64,000 bases of DNA from Acidiferrobacterales bacterium (GTDB lineage: Bacteria > Pseudomonadota > Gammaproteobacteria > Acidiferrobacterales > SPGG2). The stretch is taken from NCBI GenBank assembly GCA_964194625.1, contig CAXMNC010000230.1:3142-67141 (forward strand), read 5' to 3'. Made by a program: the position numbers and the translations under genes. Shown one piece after another: positions 19,313-27,712 of this stretch. Positions within the stretch are counted from its first letter, which is position 1. Each line of letters begins with the position of its first letter. Under the pieces are notes generated by a model that ran no database searches, was not told the origin of the DNA, and saw only the letters and a program-made list of their open reading frames with translations.

Positions 19313-19786
19313 GTGAGTAATCAGTCGATCGAGGATTATCTGCCTACCCATGCGTTCTTCTCCGAACTGGACGACAGCTTTATGAAGTTCCTGTCAGACT
19401 CCGCCACGGAGCTCAAGATCAAGAAGGGCGATGTCTTGTTTCGGCAGGGAGAGCGGGCTGACAAATTCTATCTGTTGCGCAATGGACAAATGTCTGTCCA
19501 AGTGCCGGCGCTGATGGGGCCGACGCTTGAAATACAAACCCTGGGCGAAGATCAAATGCTCGGTTGGTCTTGGCTAATACCGCCGTACCGGTGGAACTTC
19601 CAGGCCCGTGCGTTGGAAGATTCAGATTTGCTCGAGTTTGACGGCAGCGCCATATTGGCGCGTTGCGAGGAAGACCCGAAATTCGGCTATGAATTGTTAA
19701 AGCGTTTCGCGACGCTGATGTCCGAGCGGCTCGATGCTGCTCGTCAGAAGATGATGGATGAGTGGAATCCGTCGGGATTTGCCTAA
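19313..19786 (+). CDS. cyclic nucleotide-binding domain protein
   Basis: GTG start preceded by GAGGGAGG. Contains the cNMP-binding pattern KKGDVLFRQGERADKFYLLRNGQMSV. Confidence 0.8.
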   Translation: MSNQSIEDYLPTHAFFSELDDSFMKFLSDSATELKIKKGDVLFRQGERADKFYLLRNGQMSVQVPALMGPTLEIQTLGEDQMLGWSWLIPPYRWNFQARALEDSDLLEFDGSAILARCEEDPKFGYELLKRFATLMSERLDAARQKMMDEWNPSGFA

Positions 19787-19996
19787 AATTCTCTGCCCTT
19801 CTATTAGGATAAAATTGCCTTCTCACCAGCAGGGACGGTAGAATCTTCCTAGGTAGTAGTGTTCTACCGCGGGCTATTCCCAGGCCCAAGTACTAGCCAG
19901 GGAAGATGCTCACGGTCCCGCAAGCGTTTTCCCCGCATTCGTGGCCGTGGCCGGGCGCTATCAATCTTCTGGATTGGAGGCACTTTGGTTACAGGC

Positions 19997-20779
19997 ATGC
20001 GGGACGTAGTTGAGTTTTGCTTAAGGTTTCTTTTCCTCTCCGTCAGCAACAACCGTTGGTTGCGCTGGTTTCTGGAGGCCGCATTTGTCATAGTGGCCGT
20101 GGGCTTGGTATCAGTTCTAGGTAAGGATGCCGACCTGCTTATGCCATTTGGCATCACCGCTCTCGATCTCACCTACTTGGCAAGCCTGGGCGTGCTGCTT
20201 TTTGTCTTAGCCCTTGTTTTCGTATCCGTTATCGGTATTCCCTTATTCCGTTACAACGGTGTCTTGCTGATACTCGCAGGTATCGGGGTACTCGAGTACC
20301 AAGTCTATGAGTACATGAAGCTTGGTTGGTGGCAATCGTTCCCACTGCGCGATTTCACCGACGCGTTATTCGTCACCTGGACCCTCGATCAATCCACCGG
20401 TTGGCCAGCCGTGCTCCTGAGGAATTTCTTGGAGGAAACGGCACTATCGATTTTTCTCATCGCGATCGGTGCGCTGTGGCACGTAATTGCAAAGCAGCTC
20501 CTCGATAACGCGCTGCAAGAAATCAGGGCTGTCGAGAGCGAAAGATCGACACCCGTCGAAGAGACAGTCGCAGCGTTCGAACCTGCTACCTCACCGAGCC
20601 ATTCAGACTCGATCGTCACGGAGCCGATAGTTTTGACAAAGGCAAAGCTAGTGCGGCCCGTGCGGCCTGCGCACGATTCATCGATTACGCCTCCGTGGCT
20701 GGCGGACGAGCGGGGAGATACGAGAGCCCAGGCAGGGGTTGCCGAGTTAGATTCACGCCGAAGACCGGCAGGTAAGTAA
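19997..20779 (+). CDS. hypothetical multi-pass membrane protein
   Basis: Several hydrophobic helices counted from Met at 19997, with a Pro/Ser-rich C-terminus. No family recognised. Confidence 0.5.
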   Translation: MRDVVEFCLRFLFLSVSNNRWLRWFLEAAFVIVAVGLVSVLGKDADLLMPFGITALDLTYLASLGVLLFVLALVFVSVIGIPLFRYNGVLLILAGIGVLEYQVYEYMKLGWWQSFPLRDFTDALFVTWTLDQSTGWPAVLLRNFLEETALSIFLIAIGALWHVIAKQLLDNALQEIRAVESERSTPVEETVAAFEPATSPSHSDSIVTEPIVLTKAKLVRPVRPAHDSSITPPWLADERGDTRAQAGVAELDSRRRPAGK

Positions 20780-20939
20780 GGTCTTACGATCCTTTTCTGA
20801 CGGGGCGTGAGCCCCGTTAGTGCCGCGGCCAACCACACCCTTCCATTTACTGATTTATGTCAACGAAACAGGCATAGTTGCGTCGTATTCAAGAGTTGAG
20901 CTGTACCGTCACTTCTTATCGTTATCGGAGGTTGTCGCC

Positions 20940-21197
20940 ATGAAGCTTGATATAAAAGGAATGGCCATTACGTTGGGATTAGTTTGGGGTGCGGCGGTTC
21001 TTCTCGTGGGGATCGCGCACCTGATCTGGCCCAACTACGGTCAGGCGTTTCTGGAGCTCGTTGCTTCCATCTATCCGGGCTACACGGCGGGCGCGAGTGT
21101 CGGCCAGCTAATCGTTGGTACGCTCTACGGGTTGGTGGATGGTGCCGTTGGCGGTGCGGTGATCGCTTGGCTGTACAATCTGTTCGCGCGCGTGTGA
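20940..21197 (+). CDS. small membrane protein, hypothetical
   Basis: GGAGG lies upstream of ATG 20940. The 85-aa product has Gly-rich helices (GTLYGLVDGAVGGAVIAWL). Confidence 0.5.
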   Translation: MKLDIKGMAITLGLVWGAAVLLVGIAHLIWPNYGQAFLELVASIYPGYTAGASVGQLIVGTLYGLVDGAVGGAVIAWLYNLFARV

Positions 21198-21317
21198 TTT
21201 GTAAGTATAAATAACCGGCGGGCAAAGACACAAAAAGCCTGTTGTTGACAGCACAACCGTTTGTGCGTTCCACTGGTCAATGCAAGGATGTATACCCCTG
21301 CAATCCGAGGTGGCTTT

Positions 21318-22352
21318 ATGGGCAAACTTTGGTCTAGTCTCGTCTTACTCGTCGCGCTCCTTTCGATGATGGTGAGTCCCGCCTATTCCACCATTTATGT
21401 CTGGAAGGATGCCAACGGCGTCAACAATGCCACCGACGATCCCCGACGGATTCCCAGCGGGGTGCGGGTTCAAACGCTGTCATACGATGCGGTGGCGCCG
21501 GTAAAAAAAGAAACATTGGCGTCGGTTAATGAAACCGAAACGTGGATACCAACGACCGAGGCGAAGACTAGTGATCATGTTTCACAGGGCGAATTTGCCG
21601 CGCTGCTGGCGGCCGAGCTCGGGCTGGGTGATGGCTTAAGCTCACAGGCGGCGGCGGATGTACTGGCTGATGCCCTGATTGCCCCGCGCCTCGGCAATTG
21701 GGACCTTAACGCACCCATGACCCAAGGGTTGCTTGATCGGCTTGGCAATCTTACGTTAGCGGCCGCGAGGGCGAGGCGCATTCCAATCGGACTCGACGAG
21801 GCGCGCTTCGCTTTTGACAGCGCCACCGCCTTGGCCGGCATTTCCGGGCACTTCGCCGACGCGCCTATATACGTAAACCCGCCAGTCGTTCGCAAACGCA
21901 TTATTGTTGTTGAAGGCCATCCGTTCGCGCATATCGATCCAAATCTGATTATCCACGTTGGCCATGGACACCGTCGTTTCACTCACAAACATGGCCACGG
22001 TTTGGGTTTCAAGCACGCGGTCCAGCCGCAGCGACACCGACGTCGTGCTAAAATGCATGTGGACTTAAAACACAAACGCAAAGTTGTCCATCGAAAGAAA
22101 AACCGAAGATACGTGTCTGGCGCTAATCGGCGCAGAGCCAAAGTCACCTATCGGCGTACGCACGTTCGCACTGCAAACGGTGGGGCCGGTCTCCGACGCA
22201 CCAGTGTCCGGCGCACAGTTACAAGTCGCTCAGTCTCAGTTGGACAACGTCGGGCCGGTATCCGACGCAGCGGCGGCGCCCGTATGCGGGCCACCCACGG
22301 TCGCCGTAGCATAGGGGGAGGCTTTCGGCGCGCAGTGAGAGTTACGCAGTAA
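21318..22352 (+). CDS. DUF4124-like exported protein with a polycationic Arg/His/Lys-rich C-terminal tail
   Basis: A signal peptide is followed by IYVWKDANGVNNATDDP (DUF4124 signature). The last roughly 130 aa are extremely basic and low-complexity. Confidence 0.65.
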   Translation: MGKLWSSLVLLVALLSMMVSPAYSTIYVWKDANGVNNATDDPRRIPSGVRVQTLSYDAVAPVKKETLASVNETETWIPTTEAKTSDHVSQGEFAALLAAELGLGDGLSSQAAADVLADALIAPRLGNWDLNAPMTQGLLDRLGNLTLAAARARRIPIGLDEARFAFDSATALAGISGHFADAPIYVNPPVVRKRIIVVEGHPFAHIDPNLIIHVGHGHRRFTHKHGHGLGFKHAVQPQRHRRRAKMHVDLKHKRKVVHRKKNRRYVSGANRRRAKVTYRRTHVRTANGGAGLRRTSVRRTVTSRSVSVGQRRAGIRRSGGARMRATHGRRSIGGGFRRAVRVTQ

Positions 22353-22365
22353 CGTTGCTTTAGTG

Positions 22366-22418
22366 CCATCTGACTTTTAAGCAGGTGGTCGCAGGTTCGA
22401 TTCCTGCACGGCTCACCA
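22366..22418 (+). pseudogene. tRNA-Lys(UUU) 3' fragment (anticodon arm to CCA), 5' half missing
   Basis: CATCTGACTTTTAAGCAGGTGGTCGCAGGTTCGATTCCTGCACGGCTCACCA closely matches the 3' two-thirds of bacterial tRNA-Lys, including the T-arm GCAGG/CCTGC, TTCGATT loop and CCA. The 25 nt upstream cannot form the acceptor or D stems (4 of 7 acceptor pairs). Confidence 0.7.
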
Positions 22419-22482
22419 CAAAATCAAGGAGTTAACAAGGCCCTCTTACCCAGTTGTCCCCTCTAAGTTATTCACCGTCAGG

Positions 22483-22779
22483 ATGCCACTGCTCACACCG
22501 ACAAGAGGGTACGATCCTTTCGATGTCTTGAAGGATGAACCGAATATGATCGTCCGCGCCGGTGGCGTCGAACCGTTGGCGGCGTATCTCGACAAGGCAA
22601 GGGACCGTCACAAAACAGCAGTGATGGGGAATTGGCACTCATTCAACGATATCGATCCGGATCAGCCCCAGACTCGCGTGCTGTTCCTGGCCGGCAACGA
22701 AGGTGGTGTTAACACAGAAGTCCACCATGACTTAGCAAGTCGGCAGCAAGGATACGTCGGCATCTGGGGTACACACTAG
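22483..22779 (+). CDS. hypothetical protein (possibly a gene remnant)
   Basis: 98-aa ORF with no recognisable family. The reading frame stays open after the TAG at 22777. Confidence 0.3.
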   Translation: MPLLTPTRGYDPFDVLKDEPNMIVRAGGVEPLAAYLDKARDRHKTAVMGNWHSFNDIDPDQPQTRVLFLAGNEGGVNTEVHHDLASRQQGYVGIWGTH

Positions 22780-23133
22780 CGGATCCCGATTGACGCGGAA
22801 TTCGGTCTGCGTGGCGACACTAGTTTGATAAATATGGCCCGCTACGTCGCGGTCGCGCCGCGGAATGTGTCGACGAGTTTGCGATATCTGGACTTCGAGG
22901 GTTGAGCGAACTCCCAGCAACAACCGGATAGGACCAATGACCAATGCCCAGCCAGGATCCGCTTCTTACCGACATGCACCATGCGCCTGTCGCACAGGCC
23001 GCTGATTCGGACCAAGAGAAAATCCGCACAGTGCTGAAGATCTACGAGCAGGTGCTCAATGCAATTCGGCGGTCTAGTAATTCAAACCCTTTTCCTGGAT
23101 TTGCGTAATGAAGCGCATAGAATCTCTTATTCA

Positions 23134-23565
23134 ATGAAGAGGCCTTTCAGCATCGCTGTCGCTGTGCTTTCTGCCGTTTCTCTCTTGTCGTTGGCGGGTT
23201 GCGCCAGTTATGAAAAACGGCAGATGATCGTGACTGCGTACTCATCGGACAAGATCAGTACTAACTGGAAGCGCGGAAAGATCCTGTTCTGGCGCAAATA
23301 CGTCGCCAGTGGGCCGAATAAAGGAAAGCGCAAAAAAGTCGGTATCACCTCAAGTGGCACCAAGGCGAAGAAAGGCACCATTGCGGCCGACATCCGGCAC
23401 TACCCCTACGGCACAAGCATGACCATCCCCGGCTACGGTAAAGGCGTCGTCGAGGACACCGGTTCCGCCATCAAGGGGCCGAACCGCATCGATGTCTATC
23501 TCGGGTCTCGCAAGCAGGCGTTGCGCTGGGGGCGACAAAGACTCACCGTCAAGATCAAACGCTAG
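23134..23565 (+). CDS. 3D domain-containing lipoprotein (MltA-like 3D domain)
   Basis: Lipobox LSLAGCAS, then the 3D-domain pattern GITSSGTKAKKGTIAAD ... GVVEDTGSAIKGPNRIDVY. Confidence 0.8.
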   Translation: MKRPFSIAVAVLSAVSLLSLAGCASYEKRQMIVTAYSSDKISTNWKRGKILFWRKYVASGPNKGKRKKVGITSSGTKAKKGTIAADIRHYPYGTSMTIPGYGKGVVEDTGSAIKGPNRIDVYLGSRKQALRWGRQRLTVKIKR

Positions 23566-23689
23566 TCTGTAGTCTGTCATAGCGGGCCAGGCTGGTGTTT
23601 GTAATTCGTACGCCGATCCGTGTCCCAGTTGTTTGCTCTACTGGACTTTCTATCACAAAGGCGCATAGTCGGGCGTGAGGCCACCATCG

Positions 23690-24664
23690 TTATCCGATGC
23701 CCTTTGAGGAAGTCGGGCGGATGGTTATCGTTGCACCACCGTTTTGTATGTAGGCCTTGACGATATCGCCCGCGATGGAGTTAGCGCGACCCTTCTTTTG
23801 TGCCTTCTTGAGGTAACCGCCTGCGAGTCTGATAAGCTCGGCCGCTTTTTCGACTTTCTCTGATAGTGACGCAACGCCAAGGCTGACCGTAATTGGAATC
23901 TGTGTGCCTTCGACGAGGAACTTGTGATCCTTGATTGCTCTACGAATCCGTTGTGCAAGCACTATGGCTCCCTCGTCACCAATATCTCGTGCTAACAGTG
24001 CAAACTGCGCATCGTCGTATCGCGCGAGGATGTCGTTGGCGCGTAGCATCGAATTGGTAACACATGCGAGCTCTTTTAGGATGGCATCGGTAGCAGGCTG
24101 CCCGTGTGTGCTGTTGATCTTCTTGAAGTGATCGATTTCGAACATTAGGAGAACCAAGGTGCCGCCGTGGCGTTTGACGTGAGCGTATTCGCCGTCAAGC
24201 CTATCAAGCACGTATTTCTTGGTGTATGCGCCGGTGATCGCGTCTTCGATACGACTCTTGGCAAGCTCTTGCTGGCAGTTCTGCTCGAGTTCATCCTGCC
24301 GCGAATACTTGAGAATGCAGTGGGAGCCGATCTGAATCTTGTCGCCATCCTGCAATTCTTGCCGTTGAATGCGGATACCGTTGATCGACGTACCATTACT
24401 GCTACCCAAGTCTACAACCATGGCGTTACCTCTTTCATCAATGGAGACTAGTGCATGCCGCCGACTGATACGCTGGTTTTCGATACAGATGTTGGCAGCG
24501 CGCCCGCGACCGATCACTGTCTCCGTTTCAGTCAAGGGGTACTCAGTACCGATGGGCCCGCCGTAGAGGAGCGTGAGGCACGCCTTTTCGCGCTGTGATA
24601 CACGGGGCACCACGGCGGCACGAGTGTCCTCTCGGATTGTCCTGGCTTCTGCTGCGTCGTTCAT
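23690..24664 (-). CDS. FHA domain plus degenerate GGDEF domain protein
   Basis: FHA pattern TVIGRGRAANICIENQRISRRHA ... GSSNGTSING. The GGDEF-domain fold has the active site replaced by YDDAQF. An RxxD (RAND) motif is kept five residues upstream. Confidence 0.88.
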   Translation of the reverse strand: MNDAAEARTIREDTRAAVVPRVSQREKACLTLLYGGPIGTEYPLTETETVIGRGRAANICIENQRISRRHALVSIDERGNAMVVDLGSSNGTSINGIRIQRQELQDGDKIQIGSHCILKYSRQDELEQNCQQELAKSRIEDAITGAYTKKYVLDRLDGEYAHVKRHGGTLVLLMFEIDHFKKINSTHGQPATDAILKELACVTNSMLRANDILARYDDAQFALLARDIGDEGAIVLAQRIRRAIKDHKFLVEGTQIPITVSLGVASLSEKVEKAAELIRLAGGYLKKAQKKGRANSIAGDIVKAYIQNGGATITIRPTSSKGIG

Positions 24665-24871
24665 TAGAACTTCCTATATGGCAAGAACCATGCCGTATTG
24701 CAGATGAACGAGCGCCGACCCAATACCACAGGAAATAGCTGGTGCCTTAAGTCACGAGAGCGCTATGGTCACGGGCCTGGGGCGCTTAGAGGCAACGTAA
24801 GAGGCCGCTTGGTGACCTCTGGCGCCCATTACGGCAGCCTGCGCTTGGCCTTTTTTGGCCACCTCGCCTGC

Positions 24872-26179
24872 TTATCTGGCGAATGCCCCGTTTCGGTACT
24901 CGTAGTGCCGGCAGTAGGTCTCACGACTGAATAGAATCAGAGCAAAGCCTACCAACAGCCATACCAGCATCAGTGAAAAGCCGGCCTGATAGGCGGCCAA
25001 GCTATAGCGCAGACTTCCTCCCTCGCCAATCGTTGCACCATAGTGATCTAACACGAAACCGACGCCCGGTTGCAACAGCATCGGTCCTAGCATGACCCCC
25101 ATGTTGACCACCCCCGAAACCGTACCCGACAACGCACGCGGTACGGACTCTTTGGCGAAGGCGAACCCGATAATCATGCAACCGGACATCAATCCAATGG
25201 CCAGCAACAGACTTATTAAGAGGGGAACGGATAGGTTGGGTACAAATAACAAAACGCCCCAAAGCGGTACCAACGCACCGAGGCTGATGGCGTACAAGGG
25301 TTTGCGTTTTCCGAGCCGGTCCGACCAGGCACCAAGAATGGGTCCAGAAACTGCCCACGCCACCAGTACCGAAGTGGCCATTGCCGCCGCAGACGTTTTT
25401 GACAAGCTATAGTGTGTCGTCAGGAATGGCACGCCCCACAACCCGCTGAAGGTGAGCACGCTCCCGACGACGCTACCGGGCAACAGACTCAAGATCCACG
25501 TATTACGGTATTGAAATATTCGCTTAAGGCCGGCAATGACCTTAAACGGCGTGTCTTCGGCATGCCGGACATGTCCATAACTCCGATAACCGCGTTCCGT
25601 GGGATCGTTTCTAACCAGCCACCATATTAATGCCGCGACGCCGAATGGGAGGGTTGCCGAGAAAAACATGACTTCGCGCCAACCATAGGCATCGATCGCT
25701 ATTCGCAGCGGTACACCGGCAAACACGGCGCCGATTATCCCGAAGCACAGCGCAATGCCAGTCGCCAATGCATAATGTTTTGGTGCTAACCAGTGATCGG
25801 CCAGCTTTAACATACACACAAAGGCAACGGCGACACCGCCGCCGATCAAGAGGCGCCCAAGCTCTGCCCATAATACGATCGTGGCGGTGGCAAAAACATA
25901 GGTGCCAAGTCCGGTTACCAGTGCACCCAACGTCAGCAGCATCCTCGGACCGAGCCGATCGGCCAGGATGCCGGTGGGGATTTGCATCATCACATAGCTG
26001 TAAAAATAAAATGCTGAAAGGCTGCCCAAGGTCGTCGCGTTCAAAGCGAAGTCGGCCGTCAGCTCATCGGTCATGACGGCTGGGGCCACGCGTTGGTAGA
26101 AGCCGATAAGATATAAGCTGGCGGCCAATCCCCACATGGACCAAGCTAAGCCGCTCGGCGGGTAAGTTCTACTTTGCAT
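24872..26179 (-). CDS. MFS transporter
   Basis: 435 aa with about 12 hydrophobic helices and the MFS loop motif GILADRLGPR. Confidence 0.9.
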   Translation of the reverse strand: MQSRTYPPSGLAWSMWGLAASLYLIGFYQRVAPAVMTDELTADFALNATTLGSLSAFYFYSYVMMQIPTGILADRLGPRMLLTLGALVTGLGTYVFATATIVLWAELGRLLIGGGVAVAFVCMLKLADHWLAPKHYALATGIALCFGIIGAVFAGVPLRIAIDAYGWREVMFFSATLPFGVAALIWWLVRNDPTERGYRSYGHVRHAEDTPFKVIAGLKRIFQYRNTWILSLLPGSVVGSVLTFSGLWGVPFLTTHYSLSKTSAAAMATSVLVAWAVSGPILGAWSDRLGKRKPLYAISLGALVPLWGVLLFVPNLSVPLLISLLLAIGLMSGCMIIGFAFAKESVPRALSGTVSGVVNMGVMLGPMLLQPGVGFVLDHYGATIGEGGSLRYSLAAYQAGFSLMLVWLLVGFALILFSRETYCRHYEYRNGAFAR

Positions 26180-26296
26180 GGAGTACTGAGGTAGTTCCTG
26201 TGAGGAGTACGTGCGAGCTGTAAAGGAAAAAGTTTGTTTTTCTAATTCTGGAACAAGGGATCCGGTAGGCGGCAGTTCCGATGACCTAGAGCGCGT

Positions 26297-26593
26297 TCAC
26301 TTGTCCTTGAATAGTTTGTCGCCCTTTTCGTCGATGATTTTCTTGGCCTTGAGGATCGAGTAGTTTGCGGCCTCGTCCCTGGCACCATGTGTGTCTACCC
26401 TAATAAAGTGTTCAGACTTGGATACCCCATCGATGTCCTTGGAAATATAGCCCTCGGTCGTCCATTGACCGCGGTCTTGTTTCGGCATGGGGACAATCGC
26501 GTATCCCTTGTAGGTAACAGCCTCCGGGTTGTCGGCTGGATCGCTGTCCTGCCGTTTGCTCGTTGCGAGTTTGCCTAGAAATTTTAGAATCAT
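26297..26593 (-). CDS. HlyU-like small protein (PF10115-type, by recollection)
   Basis: From Met at 26593: YKGYAIVPMP ... FIRVDTHGARDEAANYSILKAKKIIDEKGDKLF. This matches the pattern I recall for the alphaproteobacterial HlyU family. Confidence 0.6.
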   Translation of the reverse strand: MILKFLGKLATSKRQDSDPADNPEAVTYKGYAIVPMPKQDRGQWTTEGYISKDIDGVSKSEHFIRVDTHGARDEAANYSILKAKKIIDEKGDKLFKDK

Positions 26594-26650
26594 TTTGCGA
26601 TTGACTGACCGTACACCAGCAGCTGGCCTCAATAGAGCACTGTGACCCCC

Positions 26651-27670
26651 TTAGGTGTGCAGTTCGATGATATCACCATCGGCGACGGGATGGTCATGCC
26701 CCACCTGGCGTCCCTCGACCTCGTGGCCTCGCCAAAGCCGAGCGTACTTTAAGGTCTCCCCGAGGTCCCGGTGTACCATCACCGCCACATCGTGCACCGT
26801 CTGTCCGCGGCGAACGGTGAAAGGTCTGTCCTTGTCGGGTGGCCGTCCTGGTGGCTTGGTGTACACGCGCACAATTCCAAGGTTACGGAAAAGCCACGGC
26901 GCTATTTGGTCGAGCCCCTCACCGGTAGTCGCTGAGACCGCGATTGCGGGATACCGCAGATCGGCGAGCTCCTCGAACACCTGAAGCTCTTCCTGCAACG
27001 CTGGAATTAGATCTGCCTTGGTCGCAATCAGTAATACAGGTAGATGGATGGCGAACGGATTGAGCTCCTCCTCATCGCCGTCATCCGACGGTGTTTGGTC
27101 CCACTTTTCAGTCATGGTTACACCTTTTGCCGCCAGAATTTCGTGGACGGCCATCACCTGATCCACGCAGGCGGGATCACCGAGCTCTACCACTAGTAGA
27201 CACACGTCGGCCGGCTGCAGTGTGTTGGCAATCCACGGCACCGGATGCTCGGCGGCAACCGGGGGTAAATCGATAAGCTGGAAGTAGATATCTTCGTAGG
27301 GCAGCATCCCCGGCTGCGGGAACTGTGTAGTGAAGGGGTAGGGACCGGCAGGCGCGTGCGATCCTGTAAGCTTCGCTTGCAGGGTGGACTTACCGGTGTT
27401 GGGCGGACCGATTAGTGCGACCTGGGCGGCACCCTCGGGCCGGATGACGGTTGGCGGTCCGCCGCGGGCGCCGCCTTTCTTCGGTCCCGCTAGTTCTTCC
27501 GTGAGTTGCTTGACGCGAGTCTTGATATCGGCCTGCAGGTGATCAGTACCCTTGTGCTTGGGAATTGTGCGCAACATCTCACGCAGGCATTCTAGGCGTT
27601 CTTTGGAATCGCGCGCCTGTCTGAAGGCCGCCTCAGCCGCTTTGTATTCCGGTGTCGTGTTGGTGGGCAT
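26651..27670 (-). CDS. Obg/DRG-family GTPase with C-terminal TGS domain
   Basis: DRG-like N-terminus (KHKGTDHLQADIKTRVKQL), G1 GPPNTGKST, G4 TKADL, and a C-terminal TGS-like segment (RVYTKPPG ... VHDVAVMVHRDL). Confidence 0.85.
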   Translation of the reverse strand: MPTNTTPEYKAAEAAFRQARDSKERLECLREMLRTIPKHKGTDHLQADIKTRVKQLTEELAGPKKGGARGGPPTVIRPEGAAQVALIGPPNTGKSTLQAKLTGSHAPAGPYPFTTQFPQPGMLPYEDIYFQLIDLPPVAAEHPVPWIANTLQPADVCLLVVELGDPACVDQVMAVHEILAAKGVTMTEKWDQTPSDDGDEEELNPFAIHLPVLLIATKADLIPALQEELQVFEELADLRYPAIAVSATTGEGLDQIAPWLFRNLGIVRVYTKPPGRPPDKDRPFTVRRGQTVHDVAVMVHRDLGETLKYARLWRGHEVEGRQVGHDHPVADGDIIELHT

Positions 27671-27712
27671 GGCGTCTGGTCGAGTGTCTTGATCGTCGCA
27701 ACCACGACCCAA

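Noticed and set aside
22337-22418. A complete, unusual tRNA-Lys gene
   Set aside because: The sequence upstream of the anticodon arm gives only 4 of 7 acceptor-stem pairs and no D-arm (no GCTCAGTTGG-like block). Only the 3' portion is tRNA-like.
22974-23108. 44-aa ORF (MHHAPVAQAADSDQEKIRTVLKIYEQVLNAIRR...) as an NTF2/SnoaL-like gene fragment
   Set aside because: The resemblance rests on a short N-terminal helix pattern only. That is too little sequence to support a call.
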